The translations under genes and the position numbers were made by a program. From the NCBI GenBank assembly GCA_051294905.1, contig CM119378.1, forward strand, positions 15,376,001 to 15,440,000: a stretch of DNA of 64,000 nt. Reading direction: 5' to 3'. The stretch comes from Botryllus schlosseri. Its lineage: Eukaryota. Numbering within the stretch: the stretch's first letter is position 1; every line of letters starts with the position of its first letter. The notes under the pieces were generated by a model. It ran no database searches, was not told where the DNA came from, and saw only the letters and a list, made by a program, of their open reading frames with translations. Below are positions 36,582-51,400 of this stretch, one piece after another.

Positions 36582-39487
36582 ATTATATCATTACTAATCT
36601 GCACCTATATGTCGAGAAAATTGCGAAGTTTTTTTTTATACAGTGCCTCAAACTAAAACTGTCAACAGTCTGCATTTCGCTGATCGCTGAAAAAATACGA
36701 ACGGACGATATATAATACCTCACCTCCAGATGTCCTATGTCGGTCATAATCCCTGCTTCCGAAAGGAGCCATTTTACAGCCGAGAGAGTGCGCTGGGGAG
36801 CCTTACGAAATTTGGCAATTACATGGATCGGTGCGCGAGGTCTTGTAGTCGGCTTTTGTTTGCGTAGTGTTTCGATGCGCTTTCACGCGCTGTTGCAGTC
36901 TCGCACATTCGAGGTGGTATTGAGCAGGACCGGAGGCGATAGATAGGTGTCGCGTTGCATCCGATTTCGGGATCGTTCCCCTCGTTACTTTTCGTATTTA
37001 CGGGCAGAAATGCTACAAGTAGGTTAATTGGAAGAAACACAGATTACGCCCACCTCGCCGTTCGAGTTGAAGCGAGGTGCACATTTCAGTGTTAGCGTCA
37101 GTCAGGTGAACTTGAGTTTACTTCTAAGACGAGCGCGATATTATTGGAAATGCTACCGAGGTCGTCCCATGTCTGCGGTCATTATCTGGGGTGCAGCGTG
37201 CGATGTCTAGCTTTTAATGCGATTCCCATAACTTTCGTGATCGTAAGTCGGAAACAAAACATTGGGATCGGCTTCTTCTTGAGAGCAATTCCAGGGCATA
37301 TATTGAGATGCATGTGAGATCGCGGTCCTGATAGTGTCAATCGCAGGTGCACGGGAATGACATATATTTGTTACCTATGTCTATAATAACGGTGCCTGCT
37401 GCAAGATAAATTTTCGCCCGACATGCGGAGTGTCGACGTTTTATTTCGCAGTTTTAACTTTGCGTCGGCTTACTTTGGTCTGGAAATAGCGAGTCTTTAA
37501 GCGTGGCAGTGCACATAACCCAAATACAATATCTTGAAGTGTCCATGACGCCAAATCAATTTGGAAATATTGAACTTCGCCGCTCTTAATCACCAGTTCT
37601 ATCGACGCCCGCACTAATCACATGCAATTAGATTGACAAGCGTCACGGAAACGGCTGTATTTGAACTTTTCAACTTTGGCCCGTCCTTCATCAATATCGC
37701 TTCGGGTTTGACATTTCTCTGCGCCCGAAGAGATTATTCCAATTCGTTATGCACCAGCGCCAGTTGACGCTTGCTCAGCTGTCAGTCAATAACGAGAAAC
37801 GAGAAGGAAACAATATTAAGTTGCTATTGACATCTTTGATGTACCGACTGAGTATTTCAGTTCGACAGCGAGTGTACCGAGGTGATGCTACGGTCGGTAT
37901 TAATTCTGTAGGTAGCGGGTAACTTGCGTCCGTGTAAATATGATGCGATTTACGATTCGTGTAATATGATAAGTACCATGTTGTGATTTTTATTTGCATT
38001 ATATATCCCTCGACGTGCTATACCATGTTTACTGTCGCTAAATAGCTATGTAGTAGTTAATCGCATGATAGTGTTGCGATATTATGTACTTTCCGGTATT
38101 TTACGGAATTATACGACCGCGCTAGCATCAAATTGTAAATCAAGCCTATCTTTCGTGACTGCTGATAGAAGATATTGGTAGGTATCTGTCCTTGTCACAT
38201 TTGTATAACTTGTAGCGCGTCGAGGATGTCGGAAATGCAGACACTGATTGTCGCGGTAAACCCATTCATTCCCGTGAGAGATATGCTGCTAGTCTGTATT
38301 TGTGTATTTATCGGAATTCCGTTGACTGCCGAATACATGCGCGTCTTATATCAGCTCTTTGGCTGTTGGCGAAAAGGAATTGAATTTCCATATCTATCAA
38401 TGGGTACCGGTATATCAAATTTTTATGTAGCACCCTCTTCTCGCCACGCCATGTCTAGCGCGGTTCCCAGGCGAGCGGTTCCGTTTTTAGCGCAATGAAT
38501 CGACACGCTCTTGGATTCCCCTGCCAAGATTGACTTGTTGGTTCTCTGCCCTACGTAATGATAGACGATATGAAACCAGTGTCAGTTTGATATTCTGTAC
38601 GAGTGCGCATCAAAATTCATTACATGTCCCGCGCCATCTGGCAGTTACAAACGAGGCAAATGATTTCAATCATGCAATATTTCCTTGAGAACTAGAAATA
38701 AGCGTCTAGTCGGCTAATTTCTCGCAGTTTGGCGCTGATGCGTGGAGAGATTTCTCGTCGTGCAGCCCAATCACGTATGTATTCAAGTACGTACTTCTGC
38801 CGTGGTGGAATCGCGGCGGATACATCCGTAATTGATGAAAAAAGGGGAATGAGGAGGCCTCCCGCGTTGTAGCGATATGCGTGATGGATCGGGCCGCGTG
38901 TCACTGCGATTGATTGATTGACGTGTTTTCCATTCGCGGACAAACGGTGAAACCGTCACGCAAATAAAAATCTCTTGATAATGAAGCGATGTCAAAGAAA
39001 TGTGAAGAGTCTAGCCTTCGGTCGAGAGCCCTCGACCGCTGCCAACAACCTTTTAACCCCGTCGCACCACATTGATCGGAGATGCGCGGAGTTGTTGTTT
39101 CGCGCTGCACCACTCGAAAATATATGTAGCTAGGGCCGTAAATCTATGTTTTATAACGACCTCGTCGCATTGCTACGTGCCGCTATCTCTCATTAACCAA
39201 ATTCGGGCGAAATCATCGCGAGATACTAATTGCTTAGCTGTGTAATTTTCGCGTTAAGTTATATCTTATAATGCACAAAAGCATCCAACGATATGCCGGC
39301 GCGGCGATGCTTTTATCTTGATCCCGATAGTACGCTGGTCGTAAACGCTGTATCTCTTTATTTATCAGGTGTTAATTTGAGAAGTAAAATTTGCGAGGTT
39401 TAACGCGTTTTAACGTGTCGAGATTTATATCCGTCCCTGTCGCGCTAAGCTGCCCACTACGGGAATGAGAAGGACCACGGCTTTCTA

Positions 39488-42400
39488 ATGCCTGAATGCT
39501 TGCTTCAAACTAAGGGTAGCGTCACGAGCCCTTTGAAGCGTCTGAGAAATTTGGAGATGCCAGGAGAAACCGCAAAGAGGAATTGCTTCTCTTCGGGAGC
39601 CCCGATGCAGCAGAGTGCCGACAGTCTGGGCAGGAAGATCAAAGCGGAGAGAGGCTGTGACGGTGACAGGCGGAACGCGTCGTCACTGCTTTACACGCTG
39701 GCTGCCGCAGCGGCATCGCGAGATTCGCCCCCTAATCTCGCTGTGAAACAGGAGAACAGATCGTCACCCAGGTGAGCCGCTGTTTTTTGATGCCGCGCGC
39801 TGCCCTTACTTGCATGTCTGTTATTGCTTCCGGTACTCGATGTCGGTGAATTTATGAACGAAGCTAATTGCGACTATTGCGTGCGTGATAACGCGTCTTT
39901 CATCGTGAGGTTTGGGTTGAAGTTGTGTTTGAACTTTGATGAAATGATTGAGATATATTTGAGAGGGGCTTTAACTAGGAATTTCGTTTATAAGCTTATA
40001 TTTTCAAAGCTATATTTCAACTCTCGTCGCGTGTGTTCATTTGGAAGAGTCCGTTGCCGAGATACACATTATATTTACGGAAGGTTGCATCCTTATTCGT
40101 ATTGCCAGTTATATATTGTAGTCCGAGTGATAGCATTCCGAAAATTCTATCAGGAGAATACACTGCTGGTGCAATTTTGAAATGCCAAGAGGCAAGAAAA
40201 CGGTTACCCGACATTTCAGCATGCAACACTGGACTGACTGGAGTATGTGACTATATAACCCAAAACTAACACTATCCCAACGTCCCAACCCGCACCCTAC
40301 TTCTAAACCACGGGCTCAACCAGGGTTGTAACCAAGTCGCAAGGCTCCGAGTCACAAGTAAATCTCAGTTTTATAGTTTTGACTCGAGTCAAGTCGAGTC
40401 ATTTTCAATTCACCACCGGGTCAAGTCCAAGTCCAAGTCACCGAGCAGAGGGTCGAGTCCGAGTCATGGTATTATGACTCGAGTCGAGTCCAAGCCATTG
40501 TGTTGACTGCCCAGTTTCCAGTTGAAGGCTTGTTAAATCCACTTTATATAACTCTGTTTGGTGATATCGAATGGTTCGCATTTATAATATTCTAATTTTC
40601 GTCATTTTTAGCAGTTTCTGGACGCATTTTCAAGTACCAGTACCAATAGACGAAATCCCAATAGTGTGATTACTTAACAATTCCTCGAAATTACAATGAA
40701 ACGTCGGTCTTGACCTTCTGAGTCTCGAGTCATATGACTTGGTTCGAGTCATGCGCAATGACTCCAGTCCAAGTCGAGTCAATACACAAGTCCGAGTCCG
40801 GGTCGAGTCATTTCCGTATTTTGAGAAAATGACTCGAGGCAAGTCGAGTCATCTGAAAAACGTGACTCGGATCGGACTCGAGTCATTACAACCCTGGGCT
40901 CAACTGTCGCATGCTATTTTGTTGCATGCTCATAAATGTCCAGATTGTTCACGGACTAAATGCAAAAAAACTAAAAAGCATCTGTTTTCTTATATTTGCC
41001 ATCACGAAAATGCATATGAACAATTCTCTTTTCAGCGCGTGTGACTCGATCGGGGACTGCCACGACGCGTCGGACCAGACCACGGACACCGCGTCTAGGG
41101 ACGACGCTCAATCGCACGCAAACGGTGCCGAACGGGACATGGATTCATACAACGCTTTCCAACAGAGGATGCAGCTTGGATCTGGCGGTGAAGATAAAAA
41201 CGGTGAGAAAATTTTACGGCTCTCGCACCTGAAAGTCACGTGACCCCGCTGACTTTATCGCAACCGTTGCGGTTGGGATTATGTCGAAGTATGCAAAATA
41301 AAGGGATAGTGCATGGGCGTTGCAGTCTGCATTCTACAACTTACCGTAAGTCAGACAAATACCACTTGAGTTTGCATTTCGATGCGGATTGTCTAAGTGT
41401 ATATGAGATAAAAAGTCGATGCAATGTTAGATATTCGACGTGAACGCGGTTCAACTCAGCGTCGAACAAAATGAAGTACAGATCTCGACTCTAAGTGGAA
41501 GGTTCTGACATGCATCGCGCATATAGATGCCGGCGTATAAACCGTCGCTTAATACCGGAGGCGCTATCGATAATAGAGACGGGTTGAGTGACCATCGTCA
41601 GGATTCGATTTCTTTATCGCCGCGCCAATCAAAGGCACCGCTCATCGCCTCGACCGATCGGATTTGTTATGCCTGACCCGCTTTGACCCATCGCGACCCG
41701 TGTTTGAGCTATCCATCAATCAAACGGCAAATTGCGATAGCGCGATAGTTTACGGAACGGCGTTTGTTAGCGGGAGATAAAGCAGGATAATTTATTACAC
41801 GCCAGCCGTCTACGTATCAAACCCTCGTCTGTCAATGACAATGTGTCGACAGTGCCTCGCGCGCGAGATACGGCACACGCGCTAAAAGGCATCCCAAACA
41901 AGGTGTCATGCGATCGCCGTTCTATCGCCGTGTTTGTGAAGATAACGATGCCGGGCTAAGACCTTTTCGAGTTCAATTTAGGGTCGAGCGAACACGATTT
42001 CTGACTTTTGGCGGTGTGTTTAACTGTTTACGCCTATATCTTTCCCCTGCGAGGCGTATTTTACATAGAACAGGCAACGGGTGTTTACACAATCGAAAGC
42101 AGGATATTTCGTAGTCGCCGGTGTTTTATGAGGGACCGCACGATAATTGACATCATTCTCTTGTAATTCGACGGATGTGAGGAGACGGTCTCGCGCTTCG
42201 AGGAAGTTACTGCTGATTTTATCTGTAATCTGCCTTATCAACGTGTGTAAAATATTTGTGTTGCAAATTCGAGAGTGTTTCTTTCCGCTCTATGGGGAGG
42301 AGACCGCAACTCGAAACCGATAAAATCTGTGGAATATGCAACAGAATAATCAAAAGCTACTCCTGCACTCATGTTGTTTTAATTCCGCCATATTGTGTAA

Positions 42401-45400
42401 TGGGGATGTCGTCAATATGTCATGTTACGCAGCGGTAATAGCTGAATCCGTGATTTTGCCAGGCGTATCCGAAATCATCGCGATTTATGAAAGATTTGTT
42501 TGCTCTGCGCACCAAAACACGCTTGAGAAGTTACCTGTCAGCAGTGATCAACGGAATTCCGAAAGAGGACCATTTCTCTAAAAAACAACACATTAATCCC
42601 CTCGGTATTTATTGGTCGGATCGGCGCGAATATTCTATACGCCGTGGCAGCTTAACAGCGTTTCTGTGAATGATGGCGTTGATTGCTGCGTTCAACGTGA
42701 CTAGCGTTTTATATGTGCTCGTCTCAGCGCGATTTAGCTACCGGGTGTTACTGGAATCTGAACCCGCCGTTTGATGCACTGATGATTTTTCAATTATGTT
42801 TTCGACGGGTGCTGTGTTGGTTGCGAGTGTAAATGTACACCACGACGACAAGCCGTATATCACACGGTGCGGACGTTTCAATTAAATACCGCGCGCTGGT
42901 TTTAGCTTGTGCTGCTCGAGCAAAAACTTCATTTAAGTGTCACGTCCCGAGTGTCGCGTTTCTTCTCCTCCTGTCAATGCGTGTCTGAAATGATAACCCA
43001 TCATCGTACCAGCAGTCTCGCGTGACTGCCCGTTCCATTCATTGATACGCCTATCATGTACTTGTGTACATGGGCTGGTAATACATGTCTGCGGATTGAG
43101 ATATATTCCGAATTCAGGAAGAAACCATTCTGTTTAATTGAATGGTTGACGCGTTTTGAATTATTGGCGATTTGCCGTTGACTGTAAGTGAACTGGATTG
43201 ACTCGCTGCGAACTCGATGCGACTGAGGTTAATTTCATCCAATTTTCTTATTAGAAGGTATATTTTTGTGGGAGGCCGTCACCACGCGATGCTGATATTT
43301 ATGGACACACTGAGTGATTTTTGTAGCTGACGGCTGACGATTGTATTTCCATGACTAGCCTCGTGACACAGTGTGAAATTTCCTATGCGGAGAGTACACA
43401 AACCGGTATAATCCGCGGGGCCATTACGGCTTCCATTTCAAAGGGCCGCAAATTCTTGATCGGTGCGTTTGGGTGCCTTTATATTCATAGCCTGTTGTGC
43501 CTTCGAGCCTTTAATCCCTCTATTTTGTTACGCAGCACGCACACTTTAAAACGAGCTAATCGCGACACTTGTCAATCATACTGAGACCGTCCGCCCGCTC
43601 AGGAATAATAAGGTTGGCTTTCCCGCTGAGAGACAAGCCAACGGAATCGGCCGAAAGTAGGATTCGCGCGATTGATTGATTGATTGACTGACCAAAATCC
43701 CGTGTTTACTTATAAAAACGTCCGGATTATGCCATGAATAGTGCTGCTTTTATCTGCGCCGTAGATGTGTGCTAGATTAAGACGTCGCTGGAAGGATTGC
43801 TGTGACGTGTGGCAATATCACAGTATTCAAGCTTTGCTGCGAGTCTTTTCTCAAAATACCAAGATTATTGCTGAAGTTTTGTGTTCTTCTCATCATACCG
43901 CCATGTCGCGTAATCTCTGCCAATGTGGTCAATAGACAGATTATAAGACTGTGTTTGGATCCTACAGCACGCCGAGTTTCAATTGTGACTTCGTGTTTTG
44001 CGATTGCATGATGATGACGACATAAAGATGTTATGTCATGATGCAATCTTTCTGGTCGTCCGCATTCGCCTTTAGGTAGATTCATATTTTTTTGCCAAAC
44101 CAGTGAAAATACGGTACGGACCAGGATGACCGCGAGGCCTTAGTACACAGTTGCCACCTTTACTGGTTCTTCGTATCGATGCCGGCCATTGTGGATATTT
44201 CTGGCGTATTACATACCTAACATTCGATGACAGCATTACGAGAATAGTATTCAGTTTTGAAAAGCTTCTAGCGATTCATATATCACTCCCTGGAAATATT
44301 GGCATAAGGGTTATGAGGGTCGGCCACCCGGTAACCTTGTCATTTCCGCTCGTTGAGCCGTTGACACAAGTCAATTTTTCACGGCCACGCGGATGTCATT
44401 CCCCAATCAAGTTATGTTTTCCGCTTCCTAGAGCGCGAAACGTGACTTGAAGTCTGTCACGAACTCGTAAAGTCATTTATTAAATACCGAAACATATTAA
44501 GTGATGTTTTGAAGCGATATTACATCACTGTCTTTCAGAAAGTTAATCACTATACAAAAGAGTTTTCGTGTGTCGGATAAGTCTTTTCCGGCGAATAGCA
44601 AAAACAAATAGTCGCGTTCTTTAATTCTTGTTTGACGGGAGAAAGAGTGAGCGGATATCTTCCCTGCGATGCTCTATCGAGTTGACGCCTGAAAGAAAGA
44701 ATACTGATTTGATATTGAAGTGGTGCCAGGGGTTGATTCGAGCGTGTTGTGACTAGAGCCAGACTGATATTGGATTTTTGGGCCGATACCGATCAAACCG
44801 ATATCTATCACCTTCACAGGTAACACCGATATTTCAATAAGGTGAAATCAGCCTCAAAAGGCCCATTTTCAAAACTTCAGGGCATTTATTTCAACAGCTT
44901 TATAGCCCTTGTCATACTTGAACATGAAATAAACTAGAAAGGCTGCATCTGGGCACCTTGAAAGTGTAAGATATATGAAATATAGCAATATTCGTTGTCT
45001 AACCTGGGCCTACGTTCCCTAAGTATCGTAAGCCCCAGTCTAGCGGTCAAGAATTATAGTTTTATGACTTGATACCATCATGTTGTGATGTCACGAAAAT
45101 TGCCGACATTTTTTCACCTACAATGGCCGATACCGATCATTCTTTCAAAGTCTAATATCGACTCGATATTATCGGCGAACCGATATTCGGTCGGGCTCTA
45201 GTTGTGACAGCCGTGTCCCCGTGTCAATGACAGTTTACGATTGTGCGCACTCCCACATTTCGAGATCGGAGTATTTTGCCCTTGCGATACACAACGTTGT
45301 ATGACTAGTGAGTGATCTTTCTTTTGGTCGTTTTAAGCCTGATTGGAGTACATGCTGAAGTTACAGTACGGCGGTGTCAATTAGCTATATGCTTTCGTTC

Positions 45401-48400
45401 GAACCACTTTATTCAATATCAGTATTGCCCGTTTTTATATCCATAACGAAGCCAGGATCAATCATGTTTTCATGGCTATCTGCTGGGAATAAAATATAGT
45501 CAATGTTTAGGTTGACCGCACGTCTATCTTTGTCGATGAAGTCTTCAGTTAATGTGTGAAATCTAACCTTCGTTACGTTGTTCCCATACTGAACTACGTG
45601 GGAAGCATTCGACAAACCCATCGATCAGATTTTGCGGAAATGCGAATCCGTTCTATCCGGAGCATCTGCGTTTGACCAGCAGATTTTCCGACCACGTTTC
45701 GAGTTACACCTCGCGGGCCATGACGCCGTCAATTTGACTTTGATCGAGCGGGGATGTCGCCTGTTTCGTGTTCTTGTATGTCCTTAGCCGTGTAACATGG
45801 TACACAGCAGGGTAGTATCGATTTGCTGTCGATTGTAAGGTGACCGACAACCGAGAGACCTGTGTTTGCCATTTCAAACCTTCAATCAAACCCTCTCTAA
45901 ACGAATCGGGGATTTGTCGCCCAGTACTCAGCCGAGATCGCACGCCCGATATTCCGATATCAAACTCGCGTGTTATCTTTGGCGCGGTACTCTCGTCAGC
46001 GTAGGTGCTCCATTTTAAAAATCCCGTCCGTGCCAGCATACGTCCCCGAAACCGGCATTGCGGTAACGCGATATTCGCCGCATCAATCTTGCTCGTACAG
46101 CCGTCGGCAAGACCGATGGCGCAACTGACAGCTGGCAGCGGGTGGAAGAGCTTGCCACGGAAATTGAAGCCGCTTGAAGGACGCGCCTGGTACCAATGTG
46201 ACAAGATTTATTGAAGTGCAATTCATCACGGCTTTGCGATTAGCTTGTTCGAATGGGCGGGACCTGTCGCAGAAGGAAACGGTTGGACGTAAATTTCCGT
46301 AATGCTCTTCCTACTCCGATCCTTCGGCATGCTATAAACCTGAAATAACATATGGTCATCACTACAAGATTGCCTTAGAAGATTGTTCTTAAGAAGATGG
46401 CGGTGCCCCTGGTACTGTTCTAGAATCGGACTCCGCGCCATTCAGGTTAATTGTTGTATCGGTGAGGATGCGTCACAGAAGCACAGGACAAATAACGTAT
46501 CGGCGTATCGGCGGAAAAGAGGTTGTGTTCAGGGCATGATATCTCGTCTTTCAAGTCTTCCGAGCTTCCATTTATTGTCTCCGTGGCGTGATGCTCCACA
46601 ATCGTGCCATTAATCATTCTTCCTTCCACGTACTCGACTCTATACATGTCATCCGACATTGTCTTACTGTTCAACAAATCTACTGATAATAATGTGTTTT
46701 CGAGTGTCTGCAAATCGTGTTGTGTGCATCGCGCATTCGCTGGCTGCGTGTCGAGATTTGGAGATTGCGCACCGTAATATTGTAGAAGACCTGTCACAAG
46801 GATAGCTTAGATCAGGATACGTTACAGTGTTTACAGATTGGCTGTAATCAGTGGTGTTTTTTCAATTGATATGATTATAGTAGTAATATCTTGCAAGCTT
46901 GATTGGCTGACACTCACTTAACCTGTGTTGGTGATGCTGATCCACATGAGCAATATCCCTATGTCGATATGGAAGGATGATTTAAGTTGAATTTAACTGA
47001 TGTCTGGGTCTTATTGAGTCCTCCGACAGACATGTACCAATTTAACCAGTGGAGATGATAACAGAAACGGTTTAATAGAAGTGAGCCTCACTCGCAACCC
47101 GTGGTAGCGGCTTGTCAGTTCCACCTTTCTGCGCGGACAGCGTGAGCAATCTCAGCGATTTATATTACATAATTTATCTGTGCATTCGCTAGAACGTATC
47201 GATATGTTTTAGTGTTGCCGAAGCAGAACAACCAGCTGCATTTAATGGAAGCGATGATGCAAAGACAGCGTCAGCTGTACGAGGAATATGGCCACAGCAA
47301 TTGGATGAAAATGCAGGTAACGAGCTCACATTCAGGAAATATAATGGGGTGATTGATATCGGATAAAATACTTGGACTTTGTTGACGTTGATGTAAAACG
47401 TGCGATTAGATCGGTAATACGTTGCGATGTCAATTTCTCCCGTCCATGTGCTATTTTCGTGTCGTGTCCGTCGTGTTTATAAGTGCTTGTCAAAAGCGGA
47501 CAGAAAGATTCGATTATTTTTAGCGGTGTTAATCACTGTCGTAAACAGTGTCAAATCTGAAACCCGCGTTTATCCGGCTAATCTAGCACGGCTCTCGCCA
47601 CAATTGCGGCGGTATCTTGATCTGAAATCGTAGCATAGTCGTGTTTATCGTACACTCGGAATAAAGTTCAGCGAGCATTAGTAATTGCTATTGTCTATCA
47701 GCAATTTTTTTATGCGAAGGTAATTGAAATATACGTATCTGTCTGCGGCCGTCCCTTGGCTGCTCCAAACACTCGCTGGGGCTCGGTCGGCATAACGAGG
47801 TTATTCGAGGAAATTGAATGAGCCGATGACAGATTGTCAGCAGTCGTGTGTCCTTTTGAACTTATCCGAGTTTGACACGAGGATTGACGAGTCCGTATTT
47901 TCTCCCGTTGCGTTTTGAGCATAAACACGCGTCCGGCAGAATTCTTCTATGCTTTTAAGCGCATTTTTCTTTGCATACAACAACAATAATGTCCAAACAC
48001 AATAATAAATGTGAAAGCATAGATTTCCGAATTTAATTTGTCTCGCATTGTGTTTACGCTTGCCCGACTGTTGATTACCGCGGCTTTTTATGAATTGCAA
48101 CGAAAATTTCAATTTGTAGCGTGACCACACTTAATCACGAATTTGCATCATCGCGTTGCCCCATTACTCCCGATAACGACATTTTGCCGCGGCAAATGAT
48201 GCGATTTCCTCTCGTTTTGAGTGTTTTTACGGTTTCAAACGCAGAGAAACGACAGCAATTGTCTCAGCAAGAGCAAAGCCAAGCGGTACCGATGGTGCGT
48301 TCAGAAGGACCAGGAAAGCGACGCGACGGAAGAGAGTCACGTGAATTCGTCGGCAGCGCACCTGGGCGCGTCGTCCGAACACCATCCGCCGGTGAACAGC

Positions 48401-51400
48401 AAGAAGAAAATGCAGCCGAAGCGTAGCAGCGCCGCCACGAACGGACCGATGCACGTAAGGCAATTGCTGTTGTATCCAAAACTGTGCTGGCAGTTATTTG
48501 GAAATCATTAGCGCAGCTCGTATTTCTGCGAATATACGCGTAGGCGAGGAATTTACGTTTGGATTTGAAATATGCGCGCGATATTGTTTGAAGATTTCAC
48601 CACACTCGCCAATTGTAATGCCAAGTTATTTTCATGTAGTACCTACCAATCTCACTTTCTATTCCATCAATTATTCAGAACGATCCATGCATCGCTCATT
48701 TGAATGACGGCCAGCAATCGCTTTCGCGACTTCGGACTTTTGAGGTTATTAAAACACTGGACGCGGTCCGTTTTCGATGTTGAATAACTTGCGTAGGCGT
48801 GATTTCGGGGCGCCAGAAATTGACTGTGGTCAAACGCGTCGGATTGACTTTGAATTGCTATGTAACAATAATGCTTCATGAATATTATCGATCGAAGAGT
48901 CAAGCAGTGCCTAACGGTGTAGCAATATTACTGGTTTGATATTTTCCATCTTATTGTGTCGATAATTTCAAAACATCGGACTAAAAACAGCTAACCTTTA
49001 ACACTGCCGCACGGCAGTATTATTCCGCCATAAACGTGTTCAAGTGCTAGCTGTTAGTTCCAGGCGTTGTTATTGCAAGCACGGCCTTATGGAGTGATGT
49101 ATTCGTGACTGGTGACAAGTGCTTGCGCGGTTCCAAAGCTAATTAATCCCTCTGTAATCACGCTCTGGCCGTGGATGTGCCGTCCTCTTTTCGATGTACT
49201 ACACGGCCTTGTCGAAATTCCGCGCCTGTCTCATTTCCATGTAAGCGAATGATTGATGCGATAAACAAGAGCTTTCTAAATGAGACATGTCACTTTCTAG
49301 CATGTCGCAGCGCTGGTGCTTTCACGATTATCGGCAATGTTCGTATGATGAATGTGCGGGTTTTGATTGTTTTTATGTTTTAATAATTTCGTTGGAAAGT
49401 ACATAAAGCGGCGGTTTTCAATTTCTAAATTGATACAATGCGATGAACGGCCCATTGTGGCATATGATTTTCTCCAAAAGACATTGCATATCTACACATC
49501 AGATCTTATTGGCTGGACCGTCTGTAAGGCATCGCCAACAATTTACCCTTGATACAACACACAGTCATTTTTATAATGCGGATCGTTATTCCGACTGCTC
49601 GAAGATAATCGACAACCGGTCGTCAAACTATATCCGTTTGATGTGGGTGTCGTTCCATTGAAGGTCGGACGTTTGTCTATAAAAAATTACAAAAAGTTCA
49701 TATCGCCACTCTCTACTGCGATAATCGCGATGACAGTCTTCATCTGCCGGAATCGTATATTTTCCCAGAGTGTCCTGTTTGTATAGCGGCCTTTCATCTG
49801 TCGTTTTGACGTGTTTGACAAGCGTTTCTCTCGTTCAGGATAAGCTTTACGGGACCGTTTTCACTGGTGCTAGCAAATTCCGTTGTCGGGACTGCGGGAA
49901 GTCGTTTACGACGCTACTCGACCTCACCGTCCACATGAGCAGAACGGGTCATTACCGAGATCAAAACGTTGCGGAAATGAAAGGTGCGCGTGCCTTATAT
50001 TTGCGATTTTGACCCCATACGCTGCAGCGTTTGCTAATCGACCGCAGGTAACGACGATGAGGCTAACGGCAAGTTTGCCAAACCGAAAAAGCGATCCATC
50101 ATGGAGTTAGACGAGAAAGAATCGGCGGAAAAGGTTCTGAAATGCCTCGGGTGCGGACATTCGTTCGACTCTCTCCAGGTACTGAATATCGCGCGTTTTT
50201 TTCTATTCGGATAATATTCTAATTTCTCTCCCATTCCAGGATCTTACGGTGCACATGATAAAAACCAAACACTACGAGGACGTACCCACTCTGCGACTTT
50301 ACAGTCAGAAACAAGACTATCCGGCCATGCCTTCGAGCAGCGGGCCGTCGCCGTCCGAGGATAAATCAAACTCAACCATAAACTCTCAATTGAGCTGTGC
50401 TAACAATCCGGCCTACCCTGTCCGTGACACTCTGCCAGAATCGGTACAAGTTTCGAGCGGTTATCACGACGCGGCGGCGCATGGTTTTATGAGCAACCCT
50501 GCGTTTTCAAGTTCTTTTACCGGCCACCCTAACTTCGCTAACATGTTGAACATGGCGGCTCTCAGACTTTTGGGTACGTTCCCACCGTACATGATGCAAA
50601 TGCCTTTTCCGAACGCGATGGCCGGTTACGATATGGCGTACGCCGCTGCCGCCGCTAGGATGTTTTTGTCCTCGCCTTGGCTTGGGCAGCTTCCTGGGAT
50701 GACTCCGGGAAGCGTGTTCCCGCCATTTTTGAATCCTGCCGCTATGCAGTCGGCAATGTTTAGTCAACCGGGCCAGCAATCTCCGTTTTCTTCCGATCAC
50801 AGCAACGTACCGCCGCATTCTTCATCCAGTTTATCTTCAAGGGGCGCGTATATACCCAGTCCGGATCGCGTGAACGCACAGAGCAGTCGAGAATGGGATG
50901 ATAGCGAAAGACCGCAGTATCTCCGTTGCGTACAGTGCGGGGATTCTTTCGACTCTTTCCAGAAAATGACGGATCACATGCGCGAGACCACGCACTTTCC
51001 AATCGCCATGACGCCACCCAATGAGGACGCGCGGCGTGTGTCACGTGGTTCCTCGAGCGTTGAGCCGGTTGCGCGTTCCTCGCCTCGCGACAATGCGTGC
51101 ATCGCATCCGCGTCTCCATTAGAACAACTCGCCAAGTTTGCCAACGGTAAATCTCTTTCCGACATGAAAGACGACTCGATGGTGCGTCATCGGCAAGATG
51201 CTAGTAACTCGCACCGGAATTCACATTGTTCCGGATCGCCCGGGTTCAGCAGCCCACGTTCCGCGCGAAAATCGCCTGTTGATATCTTGACCAACGATCG
51301 TTACATCCGACCGCCCACTCCACAGAAAGGCAACGAAGCCGGCCTCACCGGTTCCGATTTCATAAAATCTCTGGAATCCACGATACAAAGCGCGATAAGC

